This document shows positions 45,686 to 55,828 of a stretch of DNA of 64,000 nucleotides, piece after piece. How positions within the stretch are numbered: the stretch's first letter is position 1; every line of letters starts with the position of its first letter. Made by a program: the position numbers and the translations under genes. The stretch spans positions 3,131-67,130 of the forward strand of contig JBBSIA010000019.1 of assembly GCA_038232335.1 (NCBI GenBank). Reading direction: 5' to 3'. A model generated the notes under the pieces. That model was given only the letters and a program-made list of their open reading frames with translations, ran no database searches and was not told the DNA's origin. This DNA comes from Chthoniobacterales bacterium. Its GTDB lineage: Bacteria; Verrucomicrobiota; Verrucomicrobiia; Chthoniobacterales; UBA10450.

Positions 45686-47395
45686 ATGACTGATTTCCTT
45701 CCAGTTAAGATATTCGCCGTGATCATGGCTGCTTCGGCTCAGTTTTTGTCTGCGCAAGCGCCCGACCTCATGACGACGCCGGCGCCGCTCGACGTTCTCA
45801 TCAAAGGGGGAACCATTTACGATGGGACCGGCGTGGAGGGACGAGCCACTGATGTCGCGATTCGTGGTGACCGGATCGTTGGGGTTGGCGACCTTTCTGC
45901 TGCAACTGCGCGGCAAGTGATCGACGCCCATGGATTAGCGGTCGCGCCCGGATTCATCAACATGCTTTCGTGGTCGAACGAATCGCTGATCGAGGATGGT
46001 CGTTCCCAAAGTGAGATTCGACAAGGCGTGACGACGGAGATCATGGGTGAGGGCGAATCGATGGGACCGCTGAACGATCGGATGAAGCAGCGAATGATTG
46101 CGCAGCAACGTGACATCAAGTTCGATATCAAGTGGACCACGCTCGCGGAATATCTGCATTATCTCGAAGGGCGAGGCATCACTCCGAATGTCGCTTCATT
46201 CCTGGGGGCAACGACCGTTCGAGAATACGCGATCGGACTCGAAGACAAAGCCCCCACGCCCGAGCAACTGGCGCAGATGCGCGAACTCGTGCAGCGTGGA
46301 ATGGAAGAGGGCGCGCTTGGAATCGGCTCATCGTTAATCTATCCGCCGGCTTTTTTTGCGAAGACCGAAGAGCTGATCGAACTCTGCAAAGTCGCCGCGA
46401 AATATCAGGGCAAATACATCTCGCATATGCGGAGCGAGGGGAACCGGCTGACCCAGGCAGTTGACGAATTGCTCCGCATCAGTCGCGAAGCAAAGATTCC
46501 CGCTGAGGTTTATCACATCAAAGCGGCCGGTCAGCAGAACTGGCCAAAGCTCGGCCGCGTTCTCTCAATGATCGAGGATGCGCGCAAGCAGGGTCTCAAA
46601 ATCACCGCTGACATGTACACCTATCCTGCGGGAGGAACGGGGCTCGACGCGAGTCTGCCGCCGTGGGCCGAGGACGGCGGCCAGGAAGCACTCTTCCAGA
46701 GGCTCGCGAATCCGGCCATGCGAGAGAAAATCGCGGCCGCGGTTCGCACGCCGAGCGATGATTGGGAGAATTTTTATCTCGCGGCGGGTTCACCGGATCG
46801 GATTCTGCTGGTCGGCTTCAAGTCCGAGAAGTTGAAACCGCTGACCGGCAAGACCCTCGCGGAAGTGGCGCGGATGCGCGGGAAAGACCCGATCGAGACG
46901 ATCATGGATTTGATCCTGGAAGACCGTTCCCGCATCGAAACGATCTACTTCTTGATCTCGGAGGAAAATATCAAAACCGAAGTCGCCCGGCCGTGGGTAT
47001 CGTTTGGGTCCGACGAAGCGTCACAGGCCCCGGAAGGTGTGTTCCTGAAATCGAATCCGCACCCGCGCGCTTACGGTAATTTCGCGCGCGTTCTCGGAAA
47101 GTATGTGCGCGACGAGAAGGTGATTTCATTGCCTGAAGCGGTGAAACGCCTGAGCGGATTGCCGGCGACAAATCTCGGCTTGGATCACCGCGGATTCATC
47201 AAAGAAGGGATGTTCGCCGATGTCGTGGTGTTCGATCCGGCGACGATCGCGGATCGAGCAACCTTCGAGAAACCGCACCAGTACGCGGTGGGGATGAGGC
47301 ACGTGTTTGTGAATGGCGCGCAAGTAATTAAGGATGGCGAGCACACCGGCGCAAAACCCGGCCGCGCACTCTGGGGACCTGGAAAAACGCGCTGA
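45686..47395 (+). CDS. N-acyl-D-amino-acid deacylase (D-aminoacylase) family amidohydrolase, secreted
   Basis: A signal peptide is followed by DVLIKGGTIYDGTGVEGRATDVAIRGDRIVGVGDL, APGFINMLSW, YISHMRSEG and ADVVVFDPATI. Confidence 0.88.
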   Translation: MTDFLPVKIFAVIMAASAQFLSAQAPDLMTTPAPLDVLIKGGTIYDGTGVEGRATDVAIRGDRIVGVGDLSAATARQVIDAHGLAVAPGFINMLSWSNESLIEDGRSQSEIRQGVTTEIMGEGESMGPLNDRMKQRMIAQQRDIKFDIKWTTLAEYLHYLEGRGITPNVASFLGATTVREYAIGLEDKAPTPEQLAQMRELVQRGMEEGALGIGSSLIYPPAFFAKTEELIELCKVAAKYQGKYISHMRSEGNRLTQAVDELLRISREAKIPAEVYHIKAAGQQNWPKLGRVLSMIEDARKQGLKITADMYTYPAGGTGLDASLPPWAEDGGQEALFQRLANPAMREKIAAAVRTPSDDWENFYLAAGSPDRILLVGFKSEKLKPLTGKTLAEVARMRGKDPIETIMDLILEDRSRIETIYFLISEENIKTEVARPWVSFGSDEASQAPEGVFLKSNPHPRAYGNFARVLGKYVRDEKVISLPEAVKRLSGLPATNLGLDHRGFIKEGMFADVVVFDPATIADRATFEKPHQYAVGMRHVFVNGAQVIKDGEHTGAKPGRALWGPGKTR

Positions 47396-47421
47396 CTAGA
47401 ACGTCATCTCCTGAGTGTGCT

Positions 47422-47555
47422 GTCATTCTGAGCCCCGAAAGGATTTGGGGCGAAGCCGTAACGTAGCCGCGCAGTCGCGAGGCTGGATTTCAATCCGTCA
47501 CGACCTCCAGATAATGCACGGGATCCCTCCCGAAAGCGTTCGGCGCTCGGGATGC
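47422..47555. repeat. REP-like palindromic intergenic element (family 1)
   Basis: GTCATTCTGAGCCCCGAAAGGATTTGGGGCGAAGC...GGCTGGATTTCAATCCGTC...CACGGGATCCCTCCCGAAAGCGTTCGGCGCTCGGGATGC. Confidence 0.65.
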
Positions 47556-47610
47556 AGCTTGGATTACGTCTGAGAAAGGAGCTCGAATAGTTCTCGAGCC
47601 AACGCCCCTC

Positions 47611-48234
47611 TTACGGTTGCTCCGAATCAGCGCGTGATTCGATTTGCCCGAGACTGGGATTGTTTTGCTGAATCCATTCCTGGATCGCGTTCACTTCCTC
47701 CGGGTTGAGCGCGGTTGCCCTGCGTGCCTGGGCGTCCGCGACACTTTCGCTCGAACCCAGCGGTTGTGCTTTTCGCGGTGAGAACTTCCAGTGCCGCCCG
47801 AAACGGTAGAGCGCGTAATACATCGTTTTCGATTCCACTGCGCTGACGCCGCTGCAACGCATCGCATTGTAAAACATGCGGTCGCACTCCTGCCAGGGCC
47901 GCGATTTGTCATCGTAAGAAACGTCATGAAGAACGGACCCCGCGCGATAGCGTCCTTCGAACGGACCGCCCATGAAGGACCAAAGCGCGCGCGGAATCGA
48001 TGCGCCATCCACCCGCGCGCCCGCGGGCGCACGCCAGACGACACCGCTCGGGTCGGTGTAACGCAGCTCGCTTAGCAGAATCATGGTGCGTCCATCTGCC
48101 TCCCAACGCGTGTCGATCGGGCCGCTGTAGTAGCCCCATTTATGCGATTGTCGGGCCTCGTTAGTCCACGGCGTCGCCGGGTTGCCTGCGCATCCCGTTA
48201 AAAGGAGAATGGCGAACCAGCGAAGCGCTTTCAT
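47611..48234 (-). CDS. DUF1353 lipoprotein
   Basis: The lipobox is LLLTGC. It is followed by LRYTDPSGVVWRAPAGARVDGASIPRALWSFMGGPFEGRYRAGSVLHDVSY...CDRMFYNAM. Confidence 0.75.
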   Translation of the reverse strand: MKALRWFAILLLTGCAGNPATPWTNEARQSHKWGYYSGPIDTRWEADGRTMILLSELRYTDPSGVVWRAPAGARVDGASIPRALWSFMGGPFEGRYRAGSVLHDVSYDDKSRPWQECDRMFYNAMRCSGVSAVESKTMYYALYRFGRHWKFSPRKAQPLGSSESVADAQARRATALNPEEVNAIQEWIQQNNPSLGQIESRADSEQP

Positions 48235-48261
48235 TTCCGAGCGCCACGCCTCGAACACTGG

Positions 48262-50217
48262 TCACGCCGACACGAGCGAACCATCCCGTGCGCCTTTCGT
48301 TTTTTTCGCAAGGGTTGGCTTCTGAGTCGTCGCTCCACGCGGCGGTCGCCGGAAATCACGCAGGTAGAAGAGCATGAAAATGCCGGAGACGATCAGGAGC
48401 GATCCAATCCATTTCAGCAGCCAACCGGGATCGCGCAAAATTTGAATGGTGCTCTGGCCGAGATTGTCGGGATTCCACGAGGCCTGCGACATTTTGAATG
48501 TGAGGCCGGTCCAGGTGCGCCACCAAGCGCCAGGATAACTGAAGGGATGATTCATCCAGCATTGACCGGTCGCGTTGCCGCCTTCCGGAGTTGTGATGTA
48601 CAGCGTGCTTTTAAAACCAGCCGGGCTGTCGCTGCCTTCATTGCGCTCCACTTCGAACTCCGTCAGCTCGAGGCCGATCGGCAGCGGAATTTGTCTCCAG
48701 CCATAGGAAATCGGCACTTCCGCCGCTTTCGTCGGCACCGAAATTTCCCACCCCGCCGGGACCCATTGCTCGAATGTTTTAGCGTCCTGTTGAATTCTAA
48801 CCTGCACGCCGTCGGGCAAATTCTCACCGGTCGCTCCGGCGGCGACGGGCTTGAAATCCATCCATTGCTCCGCATGCTGCATCAGGTTATCGACGATTAA
48901 CTGCCAGTCGGCCCAACCGGTCGGCAACGGTTTGTTCAATTCCAGTTTGCCGGTCGAGCGGCCGCCTTTCCGTGACGCGAGTTCGTAACTGATCGCGCCC
49001 TCGTCGCTGACGAAAAGGGTGAGGTGATTCGCGGAGGCGTCGCCGAGTGCTGGCGGCATCTTGGGCGGACCGCCTCCCGCGCCATGCGGATCAGGAGCCG
49101 TCGCGATCGGCACCGCTTTCCCGCGCAAGCTGACAACGACCGCGGGATTGTTGGGCTGTTCGCTCAAGGTTCCGGGTTTGCCGTTATCGATTCGAAAATC
49201 AGGCCAGTAGTTATCGATGTGCAACGCGAACGGACTGCCATCGAGCGTCAGATGTTTCCCGAGACCTTGCGCGACATCGAAGGTCCATGATTTCCCGGCC
49301 ACATTCACGACGACATTGCCTTTGTTCCCGTTCTGCGGCGGCGTTAACTGGACTTTCGCTCCGGTGCTTCCGCCCTTGGTGGACTTTGCGATCTGCTGGT
49401 CCGGCGCTTTCGCGAAAGCAAAAATCGACTCCTCAATTTCGATTTCGCCTGCCGGCTTGGAGTCGTTAGGCAAAACCGTCGCAGCACGGTTGAGCGACGC
49501 AGACCCGCGCTTCAGTTCGATGTTGGCGAGTCCCATTCCGAAAGTGCCGTGCTGCGGATCATCCGCCAACAACCAGCTGTCGAGATGCTGATTCATTATC
49601 GCGGTCGCGATTGTGAAGTGCAGGGCCGGCGAACCACCTTCGCCTCGCGGCTTCGGGATTAATTTCCCTTCGATCGCCGGTGCGTAGCCGACCAGCATGA
49701 GCCTGGCGCCTGAAGCGAGTGGCCCAAGATCCCACGGCTTTTGTGCGGTGGGCGGATGGTTAATGAACTCGGTCGCATAACCTTTAATGATGCCATCGGT
49801 GTCGCGGACGCGGAGCTGGTGTTGATCGACCAGCAGCCGATTCGTTGGCGGTTCGCCTTTGAACAGCGTGATCGTCCCCTCAATTCCCCAGATGCGTCCA
49901 ATCAACGAGCCGGTCAGCAGCGTAATGATCCCAAGATGCGTGATGAGAAAGGCGACGTGATGCTTTTTCCACGGCCAGCGAGAGAGCGCCGAGACCGTCA
50001 GATTTGCCGCGAGAAGCAGCAGCCAAATATTGAACCAAGGCGCCCCGTAAACGTAGGCGCGCGCGACTTTCGCGTCGAAGCTCGACTCGTAGATCGTGCC
50101 CGCAATCGCGCCGATGATGAGCACCGCGAGCAGCACGACCGCGAGCTTGATTGAAGCGAAAAAGCGGAAGACCGGATTGCGCAGCCAGCTAGCACCAGCG
50201 GACGGGGAGGTCGCCAT
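48262..50217 (-). CDS. resB: Cytochrome c biogenesis protein ResB/Ccs1
   Basis: FFASIKLAVVLLAVLIIGAIAGTIYES, WWFNIW-like helix 2, HHVAFLITHLGIITLLTGSLIG and a C-terminal transmembrane helix. No ccsA/resC lies next to it. Confidence 0.85.
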   Translation of the reverse strand: MATSPSAGASWLRNPVFRFFASIKLAVVLLAVLIIGAIAGTIYESSFDAKVARAYVYGAPWFNIWLLLLAANLTVSALSRWPWKKHHVAFLITHLGIITLLTGSLIGRIWGIEGTITLFKGEPPTNRLLVDQHQLRVRDTDGIIKGYATEFINHPPTAQKPWDLGPLASGARLMLVGYAPAIEGKLIPKPRGEGGSPALHFTIATAIMNQHLDSWLLADDPQHGTFGMGLANIELKRGSASLNRAATVLPNDSKPAGEIEIEESIFAFAKAPDQQIAKSTKGGSTGAKVQLTPPQNGNKGNVVVNVAGKSWTFDVAQGLGKHLTLDGSPFALHIDNYWPDFRIDNGKPGTLSEQPNNPAVVVSLRGKAVPIATAPDPHGAGGGPPKMPPALGDASANHLTLFVSDEGAISYELASRKGGRSTGKLELNKPLPTGWADWQLIVDNLMQHAEQWMDFKPVAAGATGENLPDGVQVRIQQDAKTFEQWVPAGWEISVPTKAAEVPISYGWRQIPLPIGLELTEFEVERNEGSDSPAGFKSTLYITTPEGGNATGQCWMNHPFSYPGAWWRTWTGLTFKMSQASWNPDNLGQSTIQILRDPGWLLKWIGSLLIVSGIFMLFYLRDFRRPPRGATTQKPTLAKKTKGARDGSLVSA

Positions 50218-50324
50218 GAGAGGAATTACCTTCCGTGAAAGATGATGCGGTTCAAACCTATTCAGCGCGGCACTACAGCGGCGAGTGCACGGAAATCCCG
50301 GAGATGATCACTTATTTCGCCGCC

Positions 50325-51074
50325 TCAAGTCGTAGCATTGATTTTGTCGGCTGGACAGAGTCTCGCCCCATCGAGCTTTGAGCGCAGCTCCGCCGCCTCC
50401 CAGCGTCTTGCGTGCATCGCTTCGAATGCCGCGGCCGTTTCCGCCTGCTTCTTGCTGTGACCTGCGCCTTGCCCGAGTGGCATTCCTTCCCACGTCACCT
50501 GCACGACAAAATTTTTTTCATGCTCCGGCCCGGTTTGCGAGAGGACCTCGTAGGTCGGGCTGCGAGGCGAGATTGATTGCAGCAGTTCTTGCAGATGACC
50601 TTTTGGGTTGATGTCGATCGGCTCTTTCGCGAGTTCGGCGAGAGTGCCCGCCGCTTCCGCGAGGATGAAGCGACGCGCGGTCTCGAAATCACTGTCCAGA
50701 TAAATTGCGCCAATCAAGGCTTCGAACGCATCCGCCAGAGTCGATGTTCTCTCACGCCCGCCACTTGCCTCTTCACCCCGGCCCATCATGAGGAAGCGAC
50801 CGAGATCGATCTCGGCGGCGTGATTTCGAAGGCCGTCACGTGACACCAGCCGCGAGCGAAGTTTCGTGAGGTGACCTTCAGCTTCCCGGGGAAATTGCGC
50901 GTAAAGATACTCCGTGATCACGAGCTGAAGGACGGCGTCGCCGAGGAACTCGAGCCGCTGGTTATCAAAATGCCGGCGCTGGGTCTCGTGGCCGAGGCTG
51001 GGGTGCGTGAGCGCTTCCGCCAGCAAAAGCGGATTGCGAAATTTATGGCCGATGCGTTGCTCGAGTGGATTCAC
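50325..51074 (-). CDS. rnc: Ribonuclease III
   Basis: NQRLEFLGDAVLQLVITEYLY is the signature motif. The dsRBD is GPEHEKNFVVQVTWEGMPLGQGAGHSKKQAETAAA. Confidence 0.93.
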   Translation of the reverse strand: MNPLEQRIGHKFRNPLLLAEALTHPSLGHETQRRHFDNQRLEFLGDAVLQLVITEYLYAQFPREAEGHLTKLRSRLVSRDGLRNHAAEIDLGRFLMMGRGEEASGGRERTSTLADAFEALIGAIYLDSDFETARRFILAEAAGTLAELAKEPIDINPKGHLQELLQSISPRSPTYEVLSQTGPEHEKNFVVQVTWEGMPLGQGAGHSKKQAETAAAFEAMHARRWEAAELRSKLDGARLCPADKINATT

Positions 51075-51158
51075 CGAGCGACGAGATTACTGCGATGCGT
51101 GCAGATTTTCCAGCCCGGGCGTGCGGAGGGGAAAGCCGCTCTGCGCGTGGAGAAGCGA

Positions 51159-52289
51159 TTAGCGACGCTGGTAAATGGAAAGTGAAGTGATGACATCCAC
51201 CGCCCGCTGCAAGACGAGATCTCGGAGCGTAATCTTTTCCGCGTTGCGCCCGCGTCGCTGCGCAGCTTCCATCACCTCGAGCTCCGGATTTTTTCCGGCC
51301 AACAAAGCCGCTTCATTAAGATGCGCACGCTCGTTCTCAAACACGAACGGAGCCATTCCCTTCGCGGTGCTCATTTGGAAGATCTGCCGTTTGTCGCTTC
51401 TCGGAAGCTCGACCGCAATGTCTGGCTTTATCCCGCCGGGAAAGAGCGGCTGCTTTTCCGGCAGGACCACTTCACCGACTGCGATGCGCAGTGTTTTCCC
51501 GCTGGCGAGTGGCAGATCGGAATATTCCACCGCGCGACCGGCAGTAGGCTCGCCGATAATTAACGCTTTGTCCTGCAGTCGCAAGACGCCGGCCACCGCT
51601 TCCGCAGCGCCCGTCGTATCGCCGTCGGTCAGAACAATGAGCAATCCGTTGAAGGACGGTTCGCGATCGGAAGTGAAGGTGCGTTCCTGCCGCGGATTAG
51701 TCTTGCGCAAGATGAAGATCGTTTTGCCTTTCGCGCAGAATCGCTTCGCAAACTCCGCAGCCGTGGCGAAGTCGGTGGTGGCGGGACTGGCGCGGAGATC
51801 GAGGACGAGAGCGTCGATTTTTTTTCCTGCGAATGCCTGTAAATTGGTGTCGAGGGCCTGCAGATTTTCCGGAGTGAGCGATCCGACGCGCACGTAACCG
51901 ATGTGGCCGTCGAGAATCTCGGCGTAGAATGGCGTCTTGCTTTCGTTTTTCCCAGCGTCGCCGGGAGCAACGAGCATGACTCCGCGGCCAAGGCGGGCGA
52001 GCAGACCCTGAAGCGTGGCGCGGTTGAGCTCCGTCTCGTTGAGGCCTTCCGCATTGAGGTAGTTCGTCTTTAATAACTGAATGGATTGCTGCAACTCATC
52101 CGCGCCCAAGGAATTGATCAGCGATTCCGTGGTCGGTGTGGAGGTTGGTTGCGGTGCGGGAGTCGCCGAAACTAAAGGAGCGGGTGAAGCTGAAACGGCC
52201 GGAGCCGCGGGCTTCGGCGCTTGTGCGAGAGCCGCACTTGCGAAAAACGCGACCACGGAAGCCGCGACGACGGTTTGGATTCCAGACAT
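51159..52289 (-). CDS. S41-peptidase-like protein (catalytic residues apparently not conserved)
   Basis: A signal peptide is followed by the S41 layout (GHIGYVRVGSL, IDALVLDLRASP). Where S41 enzymes carry the nucleophile Ser and general-base Lys, this protein reads LIVLTDGDTTGAAEAVAG and IIGEPTAGRAVEY. Confidence 0.65.
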   Translation of the reverse strand: MSGIQTVVAASVVAFFASAALAQAPKPAAPAVSASPAPLVSATPAPQPTSTPTTESLINSLGADELQQSIQLLKTNYLNAEGLNETELNRATLQGLLARLGRGVMLVAPGDAGKNESKTPFYAEILDGHIGYVRVGSLTPENLQALDTNLQAFAGKKIDALVLDLRASPATTDFATAAEFAKRFCAKGKTIFILRKTNPRQERTFTSDREPSFNGLLIVLTDGDTTGAAEAVAGVLRLQDKALIIGEPTAGRAVEYSDLPLASGKTLRIAVGEVVLPEKQPLFPGGIKPDIAVELPRSDKRQIFQMSTAKGMAPFVFENERAHLNEAALLAGKNPELEVMEAAQRRGRNAEKITLRDLVLQRAVDVITSLSIYQRR

Positions 52290-53575
52290 CAGTGGCTGCC
52301 GAGATTACGCGGAACTGCGCTCACGGCAATGTCGCGTCGATAATGACACCCCTCGAAATGAATTTGTGAGACCGCGTGATAGGCGCGTTCGCGGGCCTGC
52401 GCGACATCATCGCCGAGAGCGGTCACTGCGAGCACGCGCCCACCGGCAGTGATGATTCGGCCGTCCTCGAGACGAGTGCCGGCGTGGAAGACGCGGATGT
52501 CCGCGCTCTTTGAAACGTCTTCCAGACCGGTGATTTCTTTGCCGATTTCATATGATCCAGGGTAACCACCCGACGCCATCACCACCGTCACGGCTGCGCG
52601 GTCGTCCCAGTCGATTCGGACGTTCGCCAGCGTGCCGTCAATGGTCGCTGCCATCAGTTCCAGCAGATCGCACTTTAAACGTGGCAAAATCACCTGTGTT
52701 TCCGGATCCCCAAACCGGCAGTTGAATTCCAACACCTGGGGACCGCCAACGGTGACCATCATTCCTGGAAACAGAAGTCCGCGAAATGTGACGCCTTCAG
52801 ATTCAAGACCCGCTAACAGCGGCACCATGACCGCGGCCTCAAACTGCGACTGCAATGCATTACTCCATTCACCGGCGGGACTGAAAGCGCCCATTCCGCC
52901 GGTGTTCGGGCCGCGGTCGTCATCGTGCGCGCGCTTATGATCGCGCGCCGTGCCCAGCATCCGATATTCCGCGCCGCTCACAAGAACGTGGAGAGAACAC
53001 TCCCACCCGCAGAGGAATTCCTCGACGACAACACTTTTTCCCGCTTCACCGAATTGACCGCGCTTCAGCATCGCGTCGAGCGCCTCCGCGGCTTCTCCCC
53101 GATCACGCGCAATGATCACACCTTTACCGAGCGCAAGTCCGTCAGCCTTGATAACGACAGGAAACTGGAGCCGTTCGCAGAACTGCAACGCTTCCACACT
53201 GGATGTAAAACTGCCGGCCCGCGCGGTGGGAATCGATTGTCGCTGCATTAACTGTTTCGCGAAAATTTTCGAAGACTCCAGACGAGCCGCATTCTTTACC
53301 GGTCCAAAAACGCGCAGTTTTTCCGCCGCGAAAAGATCCACCACTCCAGCCGCCAAAGGATCGTCCGGACCGATCACGGTGAGATCGATGGTATTCTCCC
53401 TCGCGAACCTAACGAGTGCAGGCAGGTCGCTGGTGCTGATCGCGACATTCTCCGCGATCTCCGCAATGCCCGCATTTCCAGGCGCGCAAAAGATCCGATC
53501 GACCGCCGCTGATTGGTTCAGTTTCCAAGTGAGCGCGTGCTCGCGCCCACCCCCACCGACAACCAGGATTTTCAT
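52289..53575 (-). CDS. purD: Phosphoribosylamine-glycine ligase
   Basis: MKILVVGGGGREHALTWKL, FCAPGNAGIA, and GPNTGGMGAFSP identify it. The start is set at ATG 53575, and the stop overlaps the S41-like start. Confidence 0.93.
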   Translation of the reverse strand: MKILVVGGGGREHALTWKLNQSAAVDRIFCAPGNAGIAEIAENVAISTSDLPALVRFARENTIDLTVIGPDDPLAAGVVDLFAAEKLRVFGPVKNAARLESSKIFAKQLMQRQSIPTARAGSFTSSVEALQFCERLQFPVVIKADGLALGKGVIIARDRGEAAEALDAMLKRGQFGEAGKSVVVEEFLCGWECSLHVLVSGAEYRMLGTARDHKRAHDDDRGPNTGGMGAFSPAGEWSNALQSQFEAAVMVPLLAGLESEGVTFRGLLFPGMMVTVGGPQVLEFNCRFGDPETQVILPRLKCDLLELMAATIDGTLANVRIDWDDRAAVTVVMASGGYPGSYEIGKEITGLEDVSKSADIRVFHAGTRLEDGRIITAGGRVLAVTALGDDVAQARERAYHAVSQIHFEGCHYRRDIAVSAVPRNLGSH

Positions 53576-53795
53576 CGTCGTGCGATCGTGCAAGGTCGCA
53601 TAGGGCTGGCAGCGTCCGCCGAAGGGGAGTGAAAGGCAAACCTGCGGCGGCGAAGGGATGGACGAGAGCGCATCCCGCGAGAACGGAGCTACACGCACGG
53701 CGTGCTCACGCAGGGGCACAGCCTCATAGGAAGATACATTCTTTATGGAGACTTACGTCCTTGTGCGCCCCTTCGCGAGACGTAGCCTTCAAATA

Positions 53796-54179
53796 ATGAG
53801 CAAGACCTCTGTCATGAATCCTGGCTGTCTCTCTCGGGTCGTGCTCGAGCGCATCGCGGATAAATGGACGGCGTTAATCATTCAAGTCCTCGCCAAGGGG
53901 ACGCATCGTTACGCAGAACTGCAACACGCCATCGGCGGTGTCTCGCAAAAGATGCTCACCCAGACGCTGCGCAGTCTCGAGCGCGACGGTCTTGTGCAAC
54001 GCAAGGTTTACCCGGTCGTGCCGCCAAAGGTTGAATACACGCTCACCCCTCTCGGCCGGACGCTGATCGAGCCGCTGCAGGCGATCTGCCGCTGGTCTGA
54101 GAAACATCTTTCGCAGCTGGAAGCGAACCGCACCCGTGCACTCGCACGACTGCGGACCGAACCTGCTCTTACTCGTTAG
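53796..54179 (+). CDS. HxlR-family transcriptional regulator
   Basis: IADKWTALIIQVLAKGTHRYAELQHAIGGVSQKMLTQTLRSLERDGLVQRKVYPVVPPKVEYTLTPLG fits HxlR. The start could also be at 53745. Confidence 0.85.
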   Translation: MSKTSVMNPGCLSRVVLERIADKWTALIIQVLAKGTHRYAELQHAIGGVSQKMLTQTLRSLERDGLVQRKVYPVVPPKVEYTLTPLGRTLIEPLQAICRWSEKHLSQLEANRTRALARLRTEPALTR

Positions 54180-54190
54180 GCTGCACTTCG

Positions 54191-55774
54191 ATGCACGCAG
54201 CGGAAATCGTCGTTATCCTGCTCATGGTTGTCGCCGGGCTGGTTGTGCTCGCCGACAAACTGGCGCTGCCTTATCCGGTCGTTCTGGTCTTGAGTGGACT
54301 CGCTCTCGGTTTCGTGCCCGGACTGCCGCGGGTCCGGTTAAGCCCGGACATTTTCTTCTTCTTTTTTCTCCCGCCGCTTCTCTATCCGGCAGCGCTCTTT
54401 ACCTCATGGCGCGATTTCCGGCGCAACTTGCGGCCGATTCTGCTGCTCGCGATTGGGCTCGTGCTTGTGACTACGGTGGTAATCGGCTGGGTCGCGCATT
54501 CGCTGGTGCCGGCGCTACCTTGGGCCGCCGCTTTCGCGCTCGGCGCAATTGTCTCACCCACCGATCCGATCGCCGCCACCGTCGTGCTGCGCCGGCTGGC
54601 TGTGCCTCGCCGGATTGAAGCGATTCTCGAAGGAGAGAGTCTCGTAAACGACGCGACCGGCCTCGTCGCTCTCCAGTTTGCGATCGCGGCGCTCATGACC
54701 GGCACGTTTTCCATCGGGGCTGCCGCTCTGACTTTCGTGTGGGTCGCGGCCGGCGGGATCGCATGCGGACTTCTCGTTGGCTTGATCGTTCGATCGGTGC
54801 AGCGCCACCTCGACGACCCACCAGTGCAAATCACAATTTCGCTGCTGACACCGTTTGCGGCATATTTGCCGGCAGAGCGGATGCATCTCTCCGGCGTGCT
54901 CGCGACCGTCGCAGCCGGCATTTTTCTCGGCTGGCACGGACCTCTCACGATCGGCGCGCGAACGCGCCTCCAGGCGGAGGCGTTCTGGCAAATGGTGGTC
55001 TTTCTCCTGAATGGTTTTGTCTTCATCGTGATCGGCCTGCAGTTGCCCGAGATTCTGCGCGAACTGAAAAGCGAATCGTTGACGCGATTGCTTGGATTGG
55101 GCGCGATGGTCAGCGCCGCCGCCGTGCTCGTGCGCGTGGGTTGGGTGGTCACGGCCACGTATTTGCCGCGAATGCTCAGCGCCAGATTGCGCGCGCGCGA
55201 TCCTTCTCCGCCGTGGCGTGAGGTCGTGCTGATCGCGTGGTCCGGGATGCGCGGCGTCATTTCCCTCGCGGCAGCGTTCGCTTTGCCACTCGTGCTCAGC
55301 GGTGGCCGGCCGTTTCCAGCGCGGAGTTACATCCTGTTCTTCACGTTTTGCGTCATTCTGGTGACACTCGTGCTGCAGGGTCTGACGCTTTCCGGTTTTA
55401 TCCGCAAGCTCGGGCTCAAAGACGACGGTCTGACTGACGAAGAGGAACGCGAGGCGCGGCTGCAGGCTAACAAAGCTGCGCTGCAATTTATCGACGAAGC
55501 TGTCGCCAACGGCGACGCACCCACGGACATTGCGGAGCGTCTTCGCGTGGAATACGACGAGCGGTTGCAACAGTTGCGAGTCTGTGCGGAGAATAACGGA
55601 AACCGTAGCGGCGAAATCGTGACGCGACATTATCAACAACTGCAGCAAAAGGCGCTCGCGGTTGAACGGCGGACGATCATTCACCTTCGCAACGAACATG
55701 TCATCAATGACGAGGCGCTCCGCCGAATTCAGCGCGATCTCGATCTTGCGGAAGCGCGTCTCAGTGAGGGCTAA
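54191..55774 (+). CDS. Na+/H+ antiporter (CPA1/NhaP type) with cytoplasmic C-terminal domain
   Basis: FALGAIVSPTDPIAATVVL, ILEGESLVNDATGLVALQFA, and about 11-12 transmembrane helices fit the family. Confidence 0.9.
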   Translation: MHAAEIVVILLMVVAGLVVLADKLALPYPVVLVLSGLALGFVPGLPRVRLSPDIFFFFFLPPLLYPAALFTSWRDFRRNLRPILLLAIGLVLVTTVVIGWVAHSLVPALPWAAAFALGAIVSPTDPIAATVVLRRLAVPRRIEAILEGESLVNDATGLVALQFAIAALMTGTFSIGAAALTFVWVAAGGIACGLLVGLIVRSVQRHLDDPPVQITISLLTPFAAYLPAERMHLSGVLATVAAGIFLGWHGPLTIGARTRLQAEAFWQMVVFLLNGFVFIVIGLQLPEILRELKSESLTRLLGLGAMVSAAAVLVRVGWVVTATYLPRMLSARLRARDPSPPWREVVLIAWSGMRGVISLAAAFALPLVLSGGRPFPARSYILFFTFCVILVTLVLQGLTLSGFIRKLGLKDDGLTDEEEREARLQANKAALQFIDEAVANGDAPTDIAERLRVEYDERLQQLRVCAENNGNRSGEIVTRHYQQLQQKALAVERRTIIHLRNEHVINDEALRRIQRDLDLAEARLSEG

Positions 55775-55828
55775 GATCTCTTCATTTGCACGTCACTCTC
55801 GTGACTCGAAGTTCCCGGAAAGCCACGC

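Noticed and set aside
54382-55699. Two very long minus-strand ORFs (292 and 381 aa) opposite the Na+/H+ antiporter gene.
   Set aside because: The plus-strand product has clear CPA1 motifs and transmembrane helices. The antisense ORFs are Arg/Ala/Ser-rich with no domain-like sequence, which is typical of shadow ORFs in GC-rich DNA.
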